64,000 bases of DNA, from the NCBI GenBank assembly GCA_973895155.1, contig OZ316894.1, forward strand, positions 16,910,216 to 16,974,215, written 5' to 3'. This document shows positions 22,997 to 37,900 of the stretch, one piece after another (within the stretch, counting starts at the first letter, position 1; each line of letters begins with the position of its first letter). The position numbers were made by a program, and so were the translations under genes. Under the pieces are notes generated by a model, which made no database searches, had not been told where the DNA came from, and saw only the letters and a program-made list of their open reading frames with translations. The DNA comes from Marsupella aquatica. Its lineage: Eukaryota > Plantae > Marchantiophyta.

Positions 22997-25900
22997 TTAG
23001 AACCAAGGATGCCATGTAGGATCCATCATGCACAGGCTTTTAGGTCGCAAAGCAGCTTCGACAAGCTCCGTCACTCCTCGTTGAACTGATTGAGGCGGCT
23101 CCATTGAGTTCTCTTCCTGTTGGTGAGATCCACAGGAACGTGCAAATGTCCGTTATCTACCATGACATGCCATACATTCTCTTCACAGACTTGTACATAT
23201 GATCAAACTCTAATCACTGAAAAAGGTTGAACGACTTAATATGAACAAGTCAGCCATGAGAATCTACTGAGTACAAACATCTACTTGGTTCAATGTCAAG
23301 ACGTATCATCACAGTACCACCTTTTCACCAACAATAGAGCAACCAGATTAGGTGTCCTTAAATTGCAAATATGTACCCCCAGAAATTCAAGCAGCCCATC
23401 AAACCTTACCTCCTCTGGAAAACACTGGGGAGCAATTCCCTTGATTCGGTTCATGACCTGTTCCACGTTTGCAGTCACCTTCTGTTTCAGTTCAGCTGAG
23501 CTGATGCCACCTGCAGCAGGTCCATTTGGCATGCCTGGAGGTCTACGCCAAGACCACGATATGAGCTCGTCTCTAAAGAACATTGCCAGTTGATGTTGCA
23601 TGTGCTGGTTCTGCAAACAAGCAATTTCACGAAGTTCAGATGGACATCAAAGATACGGGGATAGTAACAACTCACATTTGGATCAAACCTTTCCACTGCA
23701 TGCAAGTAACGGTAAGTTTGTGTAGTCCTTTCACTACGGTCAGCTATTTTATAACAAAACAAAAGCTCTCTTGTGACAGCATTGGGATCCAGGTCCTTCA
23801 ATCGCCAAATCTTTTGGTTGAAAGAGGATTTCTCACGACAGCACGATGTACCATTTATGGTCAGAAGAATTTACCTTGGATGAAACAATGGCTTGAGCAG
23901 CAGCACACATTGAAGAGACAAAAAAACCTTCAACACCAAACGGAGTAAAAAATGTTTGCAGGTTTCTAGTGAGTCGGAAAGGGACTGGTTCTGAGAACTC
24001 CACAATCCCATTCATGTCGTAAGCTGCGAATCCAACCAGAACCACAATTAAAAACAATTCCAGAGAACTGGAGAAATTTCATCAGCCTGAATTTGGTTGA
24101 GGGTTGCCAACCGTGGTTTGACCACGGCACTCATAATAAGGAAGTATTGAAGACTAAACTGTTCATGCGAATCCACCTGCAAATCGTAACACTCCAGTCT
24201 CAGTTCCACACGTTGGATGAATTCGAAGCACTCACCAGGATGAAAATCGTTTTGAAAAACTTTGCCAGTATTCTTAGCAAAGAGAATCTTGTTGGGAGAA
24301 CGGCCCCCTATTTGCAGCATGTAGGACATGAAGCCCGAGAGGGCCAACTGGACAGCAAACTGCTTCTTGAACGTCCATAAGTGATTGGATGTCGGCAACG
24401 TCTTGTACATGTACTGAGAAAAGACATTCTCGCTGACAAAGCTGTTTGTGATTTCATTGTATGTATGCAACCGCAATTCAACAATAGCATCATTGGAAAG
24501 CTGTGACGTTAAAGCCTGGTTTAATCTCTCCTTGAAGTGGGTGATGGGTAAATCTGCTTCTCGCCCATATCGTGCACAGTTTATCTCGTACACCTCCCCG
24601 AAAGTGCTGTACATTAGATCATCCTCTACCAGCCTCACCTGCAGTCACCATATTCAGTAGAGTCATTCCTCTTTTGTTTCAGGTTCTATTATCATTCCGA
24701 CCAACTACACCGAGATCTACGTAGGCAAAGGAATGGATGAGCCAATATTGCCGGTTGTTTATCTGCTTCATTACCTAAAACTGTTGGTGAAACGAGACTC
24801 CAGTCATTGAAAACGACAAGACTCCAGTCATGCGGTTGACTTCAGATTCCCACAACATGCACCAAGTAAAATCAATCCGGGACGCTAAAATACAGAGACA
24901 CAGAATCGACTCAGATAGCTAGATCATATCTTTGGTTGAGACATACCTGCGGCCAAACTGGGATGATGATGGGGGTATTGAAGGCTAAGAGGCGGCGGCG
25001 GGACTCTTTATGCTTCTCAAGGAGACGGTTAAGCACTCGAAAAAGTTGCACCATTCGTTCATCACTTCGTGCACTCGGAGTCAGAGAGGTTTGAACGAGA
25101 AAATGTCGTTGAGACCCATCACTACCAACCATAGTTAATCGACGATGGCTGCTACCATGGCGTCGAACAATTGGCACATCAGCTCCAATACGATCCAACT
25201 TCACTGTGTGGTCGGGTGCTACGTCCTGCAGTGATCATACACAGGTCAATGCAAATGACTGACAGATAGTGACTGCCTACCACTCCGAAGATTTCCTACA
25301 AATTGACGAACTGCAATTATTTTTCTGGCAATTCATTTTCTTTCCTGAAACTTACGGAATCTCTTCTCTTCTCTCATAGTATTAATGTTATAAGCTAAAT
25401 TGAAATTCTTACTACACTTCCGCTTGGCACGTTCTTATCTAATCATGAAAAGATACATGAGGAAGGAAGAGGGAGGAACACCTAAAGTAAACATGAATGA
25501 TATATATAGTTTGCCATTGTAAGATTCATAAACAAAGCAGAGCGACAACTGTCCGCTGAATCCTCTTCCAGTCATACAGTACCTCATCATTGAAGTACTG
25601 GCCAGGAACTTCGATGTCCAAAACATGGAATTCTCGCAACTGCCGACTCTCTTCCTCGAGCTTCAAGACTGCTGGAAGCCTGTCTTCAACATTACTCTGA
25701 AGTACACCCTTCCAGTGCTTGAGGCGCTCTGTCAATTCCGCAAGGGTGGCAGGAAAAGTTCCTGTGCTATCTGGATCAAGGTCTCGTTCAAAGTCTCTTT
25801 TGTACTCGTTCACAAAATCTACATGCTTGCTTACAGTATCAGTTGAAAAGCAAGCTCTGCAAACTCCAGAGAGCTCCTTTTTCAAAGATTGAGGAACTTC

Positions 25901-28900
25901 TGCCGTTGTCGCTGTTGGGTATTTGTAACAGCGATGCAACAACGCATGGACGACTGCCAAAAGCCTCTCTTCAGGAAGTGGGACAAACCGCGCACCAATC
26001 TCCGTCAACATTACCTATCAGAGATACAGACAGATGTATATCAATCAACATGCTTAACCATTATACATACTGAACAGCCAAGTAACACAGGTCATAGCCA
26101 TACACACATTCAAGTTCTGCGACTTCCAGCAATCAATGCGATACTGCTTCTTGAAATCTACTTAGTACCATTTATACAGAGAATGTCATGTCAACACTCA
26201 CATCATCAACTACGCCGTAACGTAAGAATTAAGGCAAGCAGTACAAAGTACAAAATGTCCATCAAATGGAAAAACAGCTACCTCGAGTTCAGTGGCAAGA
26301 TTTGAATGCTTTGTCCTTAGAGCTTCCATTATGTCCTTCGCTGCTTCGAAGGCGATGACTGCAGGTGAAGGTCCGCTTGGCCAACCAGTTGCAGCAGTCC
26401 TTCGTAGAGCGAGTTGTGAATCATTATTTCCAGAGGATTGATTTGCATCCGCAGTAATCGCAGAATCCCCTGCCGCTCCACTTTGCACACCTTGCCCACC
26501 AGTCCCAGAACTATCCGATGGTAGTTGAGGCACATTTCCTGCTTGCGATACTTGATTCCAGTTTTGACTACTTGAAACTACTGCATCTCCTGTCCCTGCA
26601 CTGGTATTTGAGGAAGAAACTGGCACATTGGCGGCACCTTCAGAGGAGTTTGATGATGACCCACCACCAGCTGCAGATGCTCCTGAAGATACTGCCACTG
26701 AGGCTGCTGCTGCTGCTGCTGCTGCCGCGGATGCCATAGCTTGTGCTCGAGCTTGAGCTCCTGCTCCCCTGCTTGCAATCTCTGCCTTTGTAGCTATATC
26801 CCTCCTCTCCAATAGATATGTTCTGAGCCAGTAGTACAGAGCCTGCACGCACGCTAAGCACAGTAAGGAAGGCAGTTGTTGGGCTGGCAAGTGATGCTTC
26901 CGTACCAACTACAGGACGTGGTGTTCATGCGTGCTTGCTTAGAGAGTGGTTAATAGCAGCAGGACTGACGTGACGTGACCTTACCTGGGGAAAATGCGCA
27001 GCCAGCTTAAGAAGAACATTTTTGCAGCTAGCTGCCTCTGGTCTCTGCAACGATAGCAGCAACTGGGGAATCCATGTCAGCCAGACCCACAGAGGAATTT
27101 GGTCTCCATACTTGTCAAACGCCTTGGCAACTGCTCCAGTCTGGTTGTCAAAGCTGAGCAAGTATAGCACCCTTGCAAGGTGATTTCGGCCATGTTTGCT
27201 CAAATACTTAACTCCCTGTAATAAGCAACTCACAGCATACTCCAACCATAACTCCTCTCCAGACTCCTTGTAGACCTGCGGGCGGATGACCAATATGGGA
27301 ACGATTAAACGCAGTCCAGCAACCGCGGATATAATCATGTACCAGAGTAGTCAAGAAGTAGTTCAATAGCAAGAAGTTGTACCACAAGCTCGCGCTCGAC
27401 GTGAGATATTGATAAAAGAGGATTCAAAATGTGCATTAAGAAGTCTCTACAGAAGAGGAACCCACATTGGCAAGGAATACCCACCTGATCACAATGATTT
27501 CCCCAACTCAACCATCCTTTTGCAAGATTTGGGAATATTGAGATTGCCACTGAAAATGCCTGGTTCGCATTCTCACTGTCATTCATCCTTTGGTAAAATT
27601 CCCCTTTGAGGCGATTAATCTCTGCCTTGTGCTGAACTGGAAAATATTCGAGATTTGTGGAATTGATCAAATTCATCCCATTCACCAGCTCTCCTTTCAT
27701 CTGCAAGTACGCTTTTGCTTGCTCTTTTATCTTCACAAATGCCTCCTGAAAAGTGCACATAAAAACAGTTGAACATCAGACGAGTCTCCTCTAGTAGTCT
27801 GAAATTGTGTTCCTATTTCATCAAAGCTCTATTTTTTGGAGATTATGCGACAGTGTTTGTCAAAACGCTTCCTGGGCAAGCGTATTATCATCTTGACGTA
27901 CCCTGTCCGCGTGAGTAAAGATAAGTATATCATAGACTGACACCCTATTACTGAGTTGGTGATCCAAACTCCCTCTCAGCGAGGTCATATCCCCAGTCAC
28001 CCGAAACAGTCAATGAGATATCCAAAATTGATGGAAACTTTGGATACTAGCCTAGGATCTCTCTGAGCAAGAACTCTCTGAGCAAGAAAGTTAACGGACA
28101 ATTTTCGAAGCTACAGGAGCAATACATTATTCACCATTTCACCGGCAAACCAGCAAATTCTTTCAAGCCTGGGATAAAAGTAATCTCTGCCGTCAACATC
28201 GATAAGTCTGACTACGTACCAGGACTTCCATTGTCATAAAACCATACATTTTGTTTAGCACATTCACGCAAACCTCGTATAGACCCTGTTTCCGAGCAAC
28301 ACTTGCAAGTTTGTTAACACTCCAGGCCTTATCACGGAACCCAAGTTGATGTAGCTGGGGATTGGTGTCAGACAGATTCTTGAATGCGTTGATGACAGTA
28401 TTGTACATGTGGTTTCGCCACAGAAGAAGGTCGTTCCACACAGGCAGCTCATCCCATTCATTAGGGGTTCGTAATCGCCATGTTTCCAGGATATCCTTCA
28501 AATCCATGTAAGCCCCACCTGGACCTTGCACCTGCCCCCCAAGCTGTTGAGGACCAGGGGTTTGCAGCTTGCTCCCATTTGAGATTTCAAGAAAAACTCT
28601 AGCAGACTCCTGAAGCTCCACTAATTGTTGAAATTGCTGTAGAAGAGGAATATGAGACTGCACAGCCATCTCTGGTAACTGCCACCATTGATGTAGAGCG
28701 AGTTCTATTCCTTGACTTACTCTCATGTCTGCTTCAGTCACCATGGTCATGTTCACTCCCGTCATTGTGGCTTCATTGAACGCGACGTAACCCTGTACCA
28801 TTCGAAATTTTGGTGACTCTTCAACTTGTGCCTTTGGGAGCACTGTCTCTTTCAAAGAGGCCCAATCTGAGTTCTTCCAGAGGCAATCAAGTTGTATATC

Positions 28901-31900
28901 ATAGTTGTCTACATGTCGAGCAAACTCGATGAGAGGGTCCCACTGGTTGAGACAGCGTGCACATGAGATCCACTGCTCTTCCCAGAGACACATCTCTGCC
29001 TTTGATGTGGATCCATTGTTGTATGTACCTTGAGTTGCCTTGTTCATGGCCTGGAAGAAAATATCCTGTGCTCGCTGCCAAAATCCGTGTTGAACTAAGG
29101 AAAGCCCTGCCCGGGTGTCGGCAGTTATCGCCCGCCTCTTCCACAAACCATACCGGACATCATCTTCATTTAACATCCGGTACAGTTCGGCCAGGGCGTC
29201 AAAGCAGCGTGTTTCCTGAGGAAAGAGCATGACATGACTTTCCAGTAAGGAGATCGCTATGTGCCATGCATTATAAGTTTTACCAAGAAACTTGATTAAT
29301 TCACTTGGAATCTTGGGTTGCGGTTGGCTCAAGGACAACCCTTCCAAGAGGGCCTGTACCACATTAGGCCTTTTATCAAGCTGTTTACTGTGATAATCCT
29401 TGGAAAGGAGAGAAATCATAGGCTTCGCAAGCATAACCTGCTCTTCCTTTTGTAAGGTTGCCCACACAATTGGAAAAACGAGAACCCACATATGATAGGC
29501 AACATGGGCATCTGTGTGGGCCAATTCACGCAGAGGTAAGACTAGATCAGCAACCTGAAGCTTGCTGAACTCATTCAAAAACCTTGCATGCTTGTTCACA
29601 ATGCCAATGAAAGTAGGTGGAGCACCATCTGGTTCTTCCGCCGACTCCGAAGTTGGTTGCTGCATGCCTGAGCGCTCCGGCACTCCTCCAGATGCCATTA
29701 GTGGGGGAACTTGTGCTGAATTTGGAGCGAGAGTTATGGGCTCATGCTCCACAAGAATAGCCAAGATCAGATCCAATCCTTGCTTCAGCCAAAACACGTC
29801 ACTGAGTGCCTCCCAGTCCTGCGTCTGAATGATATACTGCAATCTCGTAAATAAGGTTTTGGAGATAGAATCATGATACAGCGTGAAAAACTTGTGTCGC
29901 ATCTCTGGATCTCTGGCTCGCAAACCCAGCATATATTGACGTTCCACCTTTTGAAACACCTCTTGCCTGACAGCTAACGAGTACTTGGAGGAATCTGAGC
30001 ACAGTCGATGTAGCAGCTTCAAGTATTTACCTTCCCATTCTTCCAAAAGAGGGGCAGACATAGCCTGACGATCCACTTGGGCTAAGCGTTGAAGAAAGCC
30101 TACAACATCTTTGTTAATTATTCCTGCATTATTACTGCCACTTCCTCCAGAACCCTTAAAGTCGTTTTCCACCCAGTCTATGATAATATCAAGTATGACA
30201 AGCAGTACACTAGCATCTGCTCCTTTCTCCGCTAAAATAGCCTGCACCTGCTGTCCGAATAATTTTTTGCAATCTGTTACCAAAAGCACTCTGCTGCTAG
30301 CAAGCTTAAGAAGAGTCTTCAAGTTCGTGGTGACCATACTGAGATCAGCTGCCAATCGGGCTGCTGTGTTTGCTGATTCCTGATCCAACCTTGCGCCTTG
30401 CTGGCGAGCAACAGCACTTGACATGGTTGCCATCTCCCGGGCTAGCCTTTGTAGTACTCGAACTAGAGAGACCATGAAGCGGTCGATGTAAGCCTTGTTC
30501 CTCTCTGCCAGAGTTTCTAAAATAGAAAGTGTAAAGGAGATCACTGCATTCGAAGCGCGGCTATCAACAGCTTGCTGAGCAGCTGTTACAGCTCCCAAAT
30601 TTTTGTGTATCAGCTCTTCCACTTTAACATGGAGCTGCTTGATTTCGGGTGTGATTGCTTGGTGCTTCAATTCAGTTGATGTATTGTTGCTCTGCTGCTT
30701 CGTGTCAGGTGTACCATTAGCAGAATAATCCACTGGGTAGGCATCAAACACCATCTTCAAAAGTGTACAAAGAGACTTCCCAATGTCTGGAACTTTGCTG
30801 GTGAATGCTGTCTCGAAACCCTGTGGAGACGGTTGCTGTGATACCAATTTGCTGTTGAATGATGGCTCCAGGACTTGAATTATATGCTGGGCATTGTTAC
30901 GAATGAATAAATGTGGTTGTTTTTCCAGCACTTTATTCAAAACTTCAAGCCCTTGGGTAAGTGCTAACGAAGGATCCTTGTTTTGAGAGCTAGGTAAGCT
31001 GCTGAGTAACTTCTCAAGATAGTTAAACTTGACATTAGCTTTAGGCCAGACTTCCAGTGCTTGAGAAAGAAGATCCAGTGCCTGATTGTACATTGCTGTT
31101 GTTTCTTTATCTTTAGTTTCTGTGACTAAGGCCACCCTTATCACAAAATTGATAATCATTTCCTCCATAGCGGCATTGGGTTTGAACTCCTCATCGGGCG
31201 GCCCAGTTGAACCAGGTGTGCCAATATTTGGAATCTGCCCCCCTGCAGAACCTGTGGTCGCGATGTTGGGAGACATATTGGGAAGTGAAGGCAGCCCCCC
31301 ACTTTCCAGTTTCACCTTCTTACTATCCTCCGATGGACCAGAAAGTCCTCCTAAATCGGCTGCTGCACGCTTACCACCCACAGCACCACCTTCCCCTGTA
31401 CCCCCACTTGACGATGAAGGTTCAGGAACCGGTCCTCCTCCGGGATTTTGTACTTCACCATCACCCGCCGGACCTTTCGCCTCGGCCTGTCGCCTCCTTT
31501 CCCAAGACACAACTAAGCCTGCAAGGTCTATGGCAAGCCGTCGATTTTCGTTGGGACTGTTTTGGGGCAATCCCAGGCGACTGAGAGAATTTACCATCTG
31601 TGGTACAAACTGTGCCCGACAAGCATAAAACAGATCTGAATGCCGAACAAGGAGCTGGAAGATGTGGATCAAGTTAGGAACCGAGTGTCCCTCTTCTACC
31701 AGTATCTTTTTCGTGTAACGAATCCAAATCGGTATTTTCGAGTCACCCAACGGAAGCCTCCGTGGAAGTGCTGGCATCAGAATGTCAAGTGCTTGCTTCA
31801 CAAGTACCCTATTCTCTGGCTGGCAAGTACGCAGGAGTGCAACAAACACCTGAAGTATGATCTTCTCAGGGGCTTGATAGGCTTCCAAAAAATGACACAC

Positions 31901-34900
31901 ATTTACAAACGCCCACTGCTTGCTCGCACTTTCCTCCCGCTTCAGATGATTCCATCCAAATTTTATAAGTTCCTTCCGATGATGAACCAAATCATTAGGA
32001 AGATATTTCAGTAACAAGGTTGCCAACTGTAACAGCTCAATTCGGAGAGGCTCATCATATTCTGCGCTCACCTCCTCCGGGGGATCCAATAATTTCTCTA
32101 CAATTATCTTTATGATTGCAGCATCCACTACATCCCAGCTCTGATTATTTTGAAAAGCATGGGAAAGCATCGGAAGGATAAGCATTTGCATCGCCACAAC
32201 CAACAGATCTTGACTCAGCGTCTTGATCTGAAAAATGTGTAAAAACCGGACCAACACTGTTTTTTTCTCCTGCGCAGTATATCCTTCCGCAACCTCAACC
32301 ATGAAGAACTCTTTCAAGAATGTGTAATCAATGCGGGTCCTCACAAGGAAGATGGAAAGCATCTCAAAGAGGACATCCACTTCATTCTTGTCATGCCTCA
32401 AATAGTTCAAAAAACATTTCACTAGCCTCTTACTCTCCTTGACTTGACTCAGGCTTAAACCTTGTTCATTGCGAAGCCGAGCACTCCTAGCCGGAGATTG
32501 CCATATCCTAACCAGAGCCTCAAAAACAGGACGATTCATCCATAGCCAATCAGGCATGAGCTTCACCAGTGTAGACAAGAGTGCTACTCCCTGAAATTGA
32601 ATCTCCGGAGTTTGCAATGTTGTGCCCTGTCCACTTGTTGCTGACATTCCCATTAAACCACCTTCACTGCCTGCTGCAGACCCAATACTTCCTGCTGCAT
32701 TCACCGCGGACAAACCTACAGCACCACCAGCTTCCTCTGGAGATGGAGATATTTGGGAATGTGAGAAAGCGCTAGAAATAATCTTCCCGGATGACCTGGC
32801 AAGTTCTTCTCGAAGGGTTTGCCCAATTTCTGATCTGATGATGTCCAAAAACCTTCTGAAATACGCTGGTTGAGTCAAGCGAGCTAGAAAGTAGTCAACA
32901 GCCTCTGTGGAATAGCGGTTCAGAAACTTCGTCAGAGGAACACGATATGGGCTATTCAGCTCACTGTACACCTGTCCCTGAGGAAGCGCTTCTTCCAACT
33001 GTATAGTCAGCACCACCAGCGGATCTAGGAACCTCCCCGCAGCAGACGGTAGCAAATGGAACAATTCAATGATAGCTGCTGCAATTTTAGGTTCCTCGCC
33101 CGCCTTCCACGATTTTTGTGATGCTGCCAGTTTCTCCGGCTCGAGCCACTTCTTCAGGTGCTCCATGAGCTTTTCACCCAGAGTAACGTTGAACCAATTT
33201 GACAGAAGCTCAAGTAGCCGAGCAAGGCCCTGGAGAAGAGGCATGGTCAAATTTTTGTAATGGGCCAGATTGACAAGGATGGGACGAAGGCTACTTTGTA
33301 GTAGCTCCTTAGGCATCTTCTGCTGCTGAATAACCTGCCGCAAGCCCTCCTTTGCCACAGCCACAATCTCTGGAGTTCTACAAGTCAAAGACTTAAAAAA
33401 CATTGCAATAATCCGAGAACGTAATTCTGCATGACTCTGAGTTTTGAAATCGGCCCATGCCATTGCCGTGCATAACAATTCTATGCAAACAGTACGCAAC
33501 TTGGTGAGGGTGACAGCCATCTTCGGGTTCATAAATTTCCCGTTTAACACACCCTCATCTGCTTCTGCTATCTGAAGAGCTTCTTGCAGAAGACTAATGA
33601 GCTCTGGCGTCATTTTTAACAGAGGGGGTCGCAATGCGAGGCAAAAGTTGAGGGCCATGACGGTTCCAACCTGCTGTTCAGCATGTTTGCTCCGAAGGTG
33701 ACGCGCAACCAGTGGATTCAACAATGGTGGATAATGAGGCTCCAAAAGTTCAGAGACCTCACTTCCGGTTCTGCTGGCCAACAAAGCCAAACATGATTGC
33801 ACATTCTTTCGTACAATATGAGTGGCATTTGGATTGAAAAGCTCTGTTGCAAGGACCTCAACTACCCCTTGGAAGCTTTGTCGTCTTCCTTCATTGTTAG
33901 TCTCATCCACATTATTAACAACCCGCAGAACCTGGGTGAGAACCTGACTCGTTTCTTCCTGCTCTTTACTTGCATGCTGGGGAAGCCTCTTCAACACATA
34001 TACCAGAGCTCGGACAGCTCGAACCTGAAAAAGACACAGTGTATCAACTGTTGCCTTTCCAACCAGCGCACCCAATCCTATCACCCCACCCATCTGCGAC
34101 TGCCATGTGCTGCCGTAACAACAATGCAAGAGCCGAGGAAGAAGCTGCTCGAACACTGGTATCCTCACGCCAGGAGGAGGGGAATACACAGGATTCATGG
34201 ATGGGCTTGATACCATCATAGGAGTTCCAGGTGTGCTCACACCCCTTGGAGTAAGAACCCCTGTGTGCTTTGACCTCGCAAGAAGAAGAAGAGTTTCGGC
34301 AAACACATTCAAACCATTCAAGGCAGCTTTAGCATGGGCCCGATTCTCATCTGCAAGAACTGCAACTAGAGCATCCAAGAATATGAGGGGATCTAACTCC
34401 TTTAAGTTAGCAGCTTGGGAACGGTTTCGTGCCTTCGCATTTGCTACACCAGATGACCCTCCTCCTGTAGTGGTGGCAACACCAAGTTGTCCTGCTGCGG
34501 TCACTGACTGATTACTTGATGATGAGGAATCCACATGGAAAATCATGGCAAAGTGGCGACAAACATTGAGCACAAAGTCATCCTTAGGTTCTCTTAGCTC
34601 ACTTTCAGCACTGGCAGCGATCACTGTCATTAAGAGCACCTTGAATACACTGCGCTCAGCCATAAGCTGTGTCTTCGTCTTAACACCTAAGTCCACCTGT
34701 CATGTTAATATGACAAAGAGAAAGATCAGCTTCTCCTACAATATCCTAGTTCAAACTCATACGCTAGCCAGCCTGTCTGCGACATGAACAAACCGCTCAC
34801 AAGATCATCATGTGGTATCGAATACGTCAGAGCCAGAGCAAATTTATCACTTCACAATCTCAAAAGACAATTACCTACCTTCATGTTAGATGTTTCTGCT

Positions 34901-37900
34901 CTTCGTCTAGAAGGATCCACTGATGTCACAAACATAGTGCTCAGCTGTCCAGCAGTTACTCCTTCGTTCCCAACATTCCCCTTCAGGTTGAGGACTGAAG
35001 ACAAGCAAACTCTTAGAAACTTGAGGGCATGTTTTCGGTAAAAAGCATCTACTCCTGTCTGTGTCCCCATCACAGCTGTCCGCGCAAGGAAGATACAACG
35101 ATCCAAGGGCACCAGAAATGATGTGGTTGGCTCAAATGTTAGTATTAGTCTCAATCCATGTTCCGGGTTCTCTTTGCTTTCGAGCGCTAAGGGTTCTTTC
35201 AAGAATCTGCGATTTCTTCCTCCCAATTTTCCAAGCAGCTGCAGAGATTTGGAGCCAAATGGATGGGGTTTTGGGCGAAGATGTGACCAGAGAGTCAAGA
35301 TCAATTCAGACATTACGTTGGCCATGCTTGGCTCCAAAAACTCCGGATTTAGGCTGTCAATCCAGAATTCCAGCGTCCTCAGGCCCAGTGCCACCAATTC
35401 ATCACTTCCTTTCAGAGCCAGAACCAGAGGTTTCATCAACCGGGGGAGGTGAGGTAAAAGGGAACTCAACCTGGCAGGCATCGTCAGACACAGTTCCACA
35501 ACAAGATCGATCATATCTAGTCCGGTTGGACCCTCCACCATCGCTAGAAGCATGTTCAAACAAGGTTGCAGTGTGGATATAAACTCTCGAAACAAAAGGT
35601 CAAACTTTCCACCAGAAAGAGGCCGGAACATAATGCGAAGGAGCTGCATGTAACCAAGGGGTTTGTCAACCTCTGTTGCATTCTTCATGCAAGCCTCCAT
35701 CAGTGTTAGCACATGAGGCTGCAAGACTCGTTCACAATCTGCTGGAAACTTTGAGACAGCCACAAAAAGGTACCGAAATAGCTGAAGAACCAATTTGGCT
35801 GCTGGCAGATCAGGCTGTTTCAACACGTCAAGTTTGTTGTTGACCAGGTAGTTCACAAGGACATCAGCAAAATGACGAGTCACTTTTTGAGTCTGAAGAA
35901 GAGTGGAAAATATTTGCAGCAGTTGGTTGTTGCCCAGCATGCACTCAAATAGATGAGGCATGCAGAAAGAGAACATATCCATCAAATTGCGGTATTCCAT
36001 GACTGCAAATACTGAGGAATAATGGGTGAACATGTCCTTTTCCTCATCCTTTTCTTTAAAGAGAGCGAGGCAATATACCCCGCTTTTCAGGATGCCAGAT
36101 GCAAGCTGGACCTGTGCAGTCGTGCGACACAAGGAAGTCTTGTCAGTATCTTTGAAAGCAATACACACATCAAAGAAACAATGTCTTCTTTAGATAGAAT
36201 GCAATATTCTGGAGACGCGAACAGATCAAGATTGATATATTCCTACTCTAATTTTACTTCCAAAGCATCCAGTATTACTGTTGACCCGCAAAAGGACAAA
36301 TGTTGTCTACTAGCCATGCCTAATAAATTATAGCATCAAATATGCAGAAGACTATCTAGCCTTCGAGTGAAGAGTTCTGCCACAGTCTACCAACGCAAAA
36401 CTGCAGAAGCATGTACCCTATAATTGATTGGCGAAAGAGTGGAGAGGTTAGATTCCTGCATGAACTTGAGAAACAGAACGTCATCCAGCAAGCATAGGAA
36501 TCGCTACTGCATCACTAACCAACCACGAAGATAAAAGCTTACAAAGAATAGAATAACATTGACACAGGGACAAAAGATTCGGACAAACCTCATCCTCCCT
36601 CATGCCTTTCGGACCCCCTGGGCTGGAGCCACCTGGTGGCTGTGAAACTTGCATTTGTTGTGAGGCATTGAAGTGAGTAATACTCCACACCAGTGTTTTC
36701 ATCCCTACATTAGACACAAGTAACTGAATACCAAGCCACCACATTTGCAAGGCAATCATGAAAGATTACAAAAGTCGAATGCTTTTCCGGCTAAACTATA
36801 ACGGATTTCAATTTTCTGCGATGCCGGTCAGCTAAAGTTCGTTGATTCATAGACCCCACGTCTTAACAACTTATGATATGTGCTCCTGTAGCACGCAACG
36901 TCATAGGTTTTACTGCTAATCCAACTGCCCAAATAGGAGGTAACTATAGTGCAGCATCTGGAGTCTGATGTGTAAGATATCACGTGTTTGAAATGAGACC
37001 GACACTGTATAAAGAATAGATCAAAATGTACAACAATTCATAACGAAAGTTAAAATTGAAAGCTCACCCATTATAAGAGTCTTGATCAGCTGTTTACAGT
37101 CACTGACTTCCTTCGCATGCTCTGGAGGAATCGGAAGATTTAGAGCAGACTGTTACAGTAGCAGGAAGCAGTCAGTGCTGAAGGACAACTTGTGCAGGAC
37201 AGATCATAATGACAGGCATTAGTCTCCAATCGAACTGCATTGCAGAATTCAATCCGGTGTCCCTATCCTTTTCTTTTTCCCTCTTCAAATAACCAGCCCT
37301 TAGGCATAAGGTAGTACTGTACTAGAAAAGCACGCAAGACAACCTGAACAGGTAGCTCCAGTCGTGATCTCAGGCTTGGCCGTTCCTTTCCGTCCTCACC
37401 ATCGCCTCCTTCCAGCAACTTCACAAAGAGAACAACACGTAGTGTACGTATCAAGACCAAATCTCAACAAACACCAAAATAGCTCTGCTCACTCTTAGAG
37501 ATACGTAACATCCGCCAACACCATGTCGGCCAGGTCTTCTAACTTATCAGATGCCGTTATCCAATACCTTCCAAAGGAGTCAATCATGAGCATTGCTTGT
37601 CTCCAAAAACAGAAGTTATTTGTTCACTAGGATTGGCAGAACAACTCCTTAGGCACAAGCTACTCCATCAACATGAGGCAGACAATCATCATTACCTGTG
37701 GTACCATATGCTTCAGCGTGCCAAACTTGCTCACAAACGCATCCAATATCCGGCCCTGAACAAACAACGATGTCATTGTCTGCAACCTCTACCTGCCCAT
37801 CCTTTTTCAAATTCCGGGTTTAGAATCATCTACGTGGTCAGTTATGCTCCGTCCTACGAGGGGCCCTTCAATGACAGCCCAATCCTTCAACAACTAAGAA

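Noticed and set aside
28220-34696. 6.5-kb single exon
   Set aside because: From recollection, a very large central exon is usual in plant Tra1 genes, so it is not treated as novel.
28957-35582. Many plus-strand ORFs up to 180 aa
   Set aside because: Antisense shadows of the TRRAP exons.
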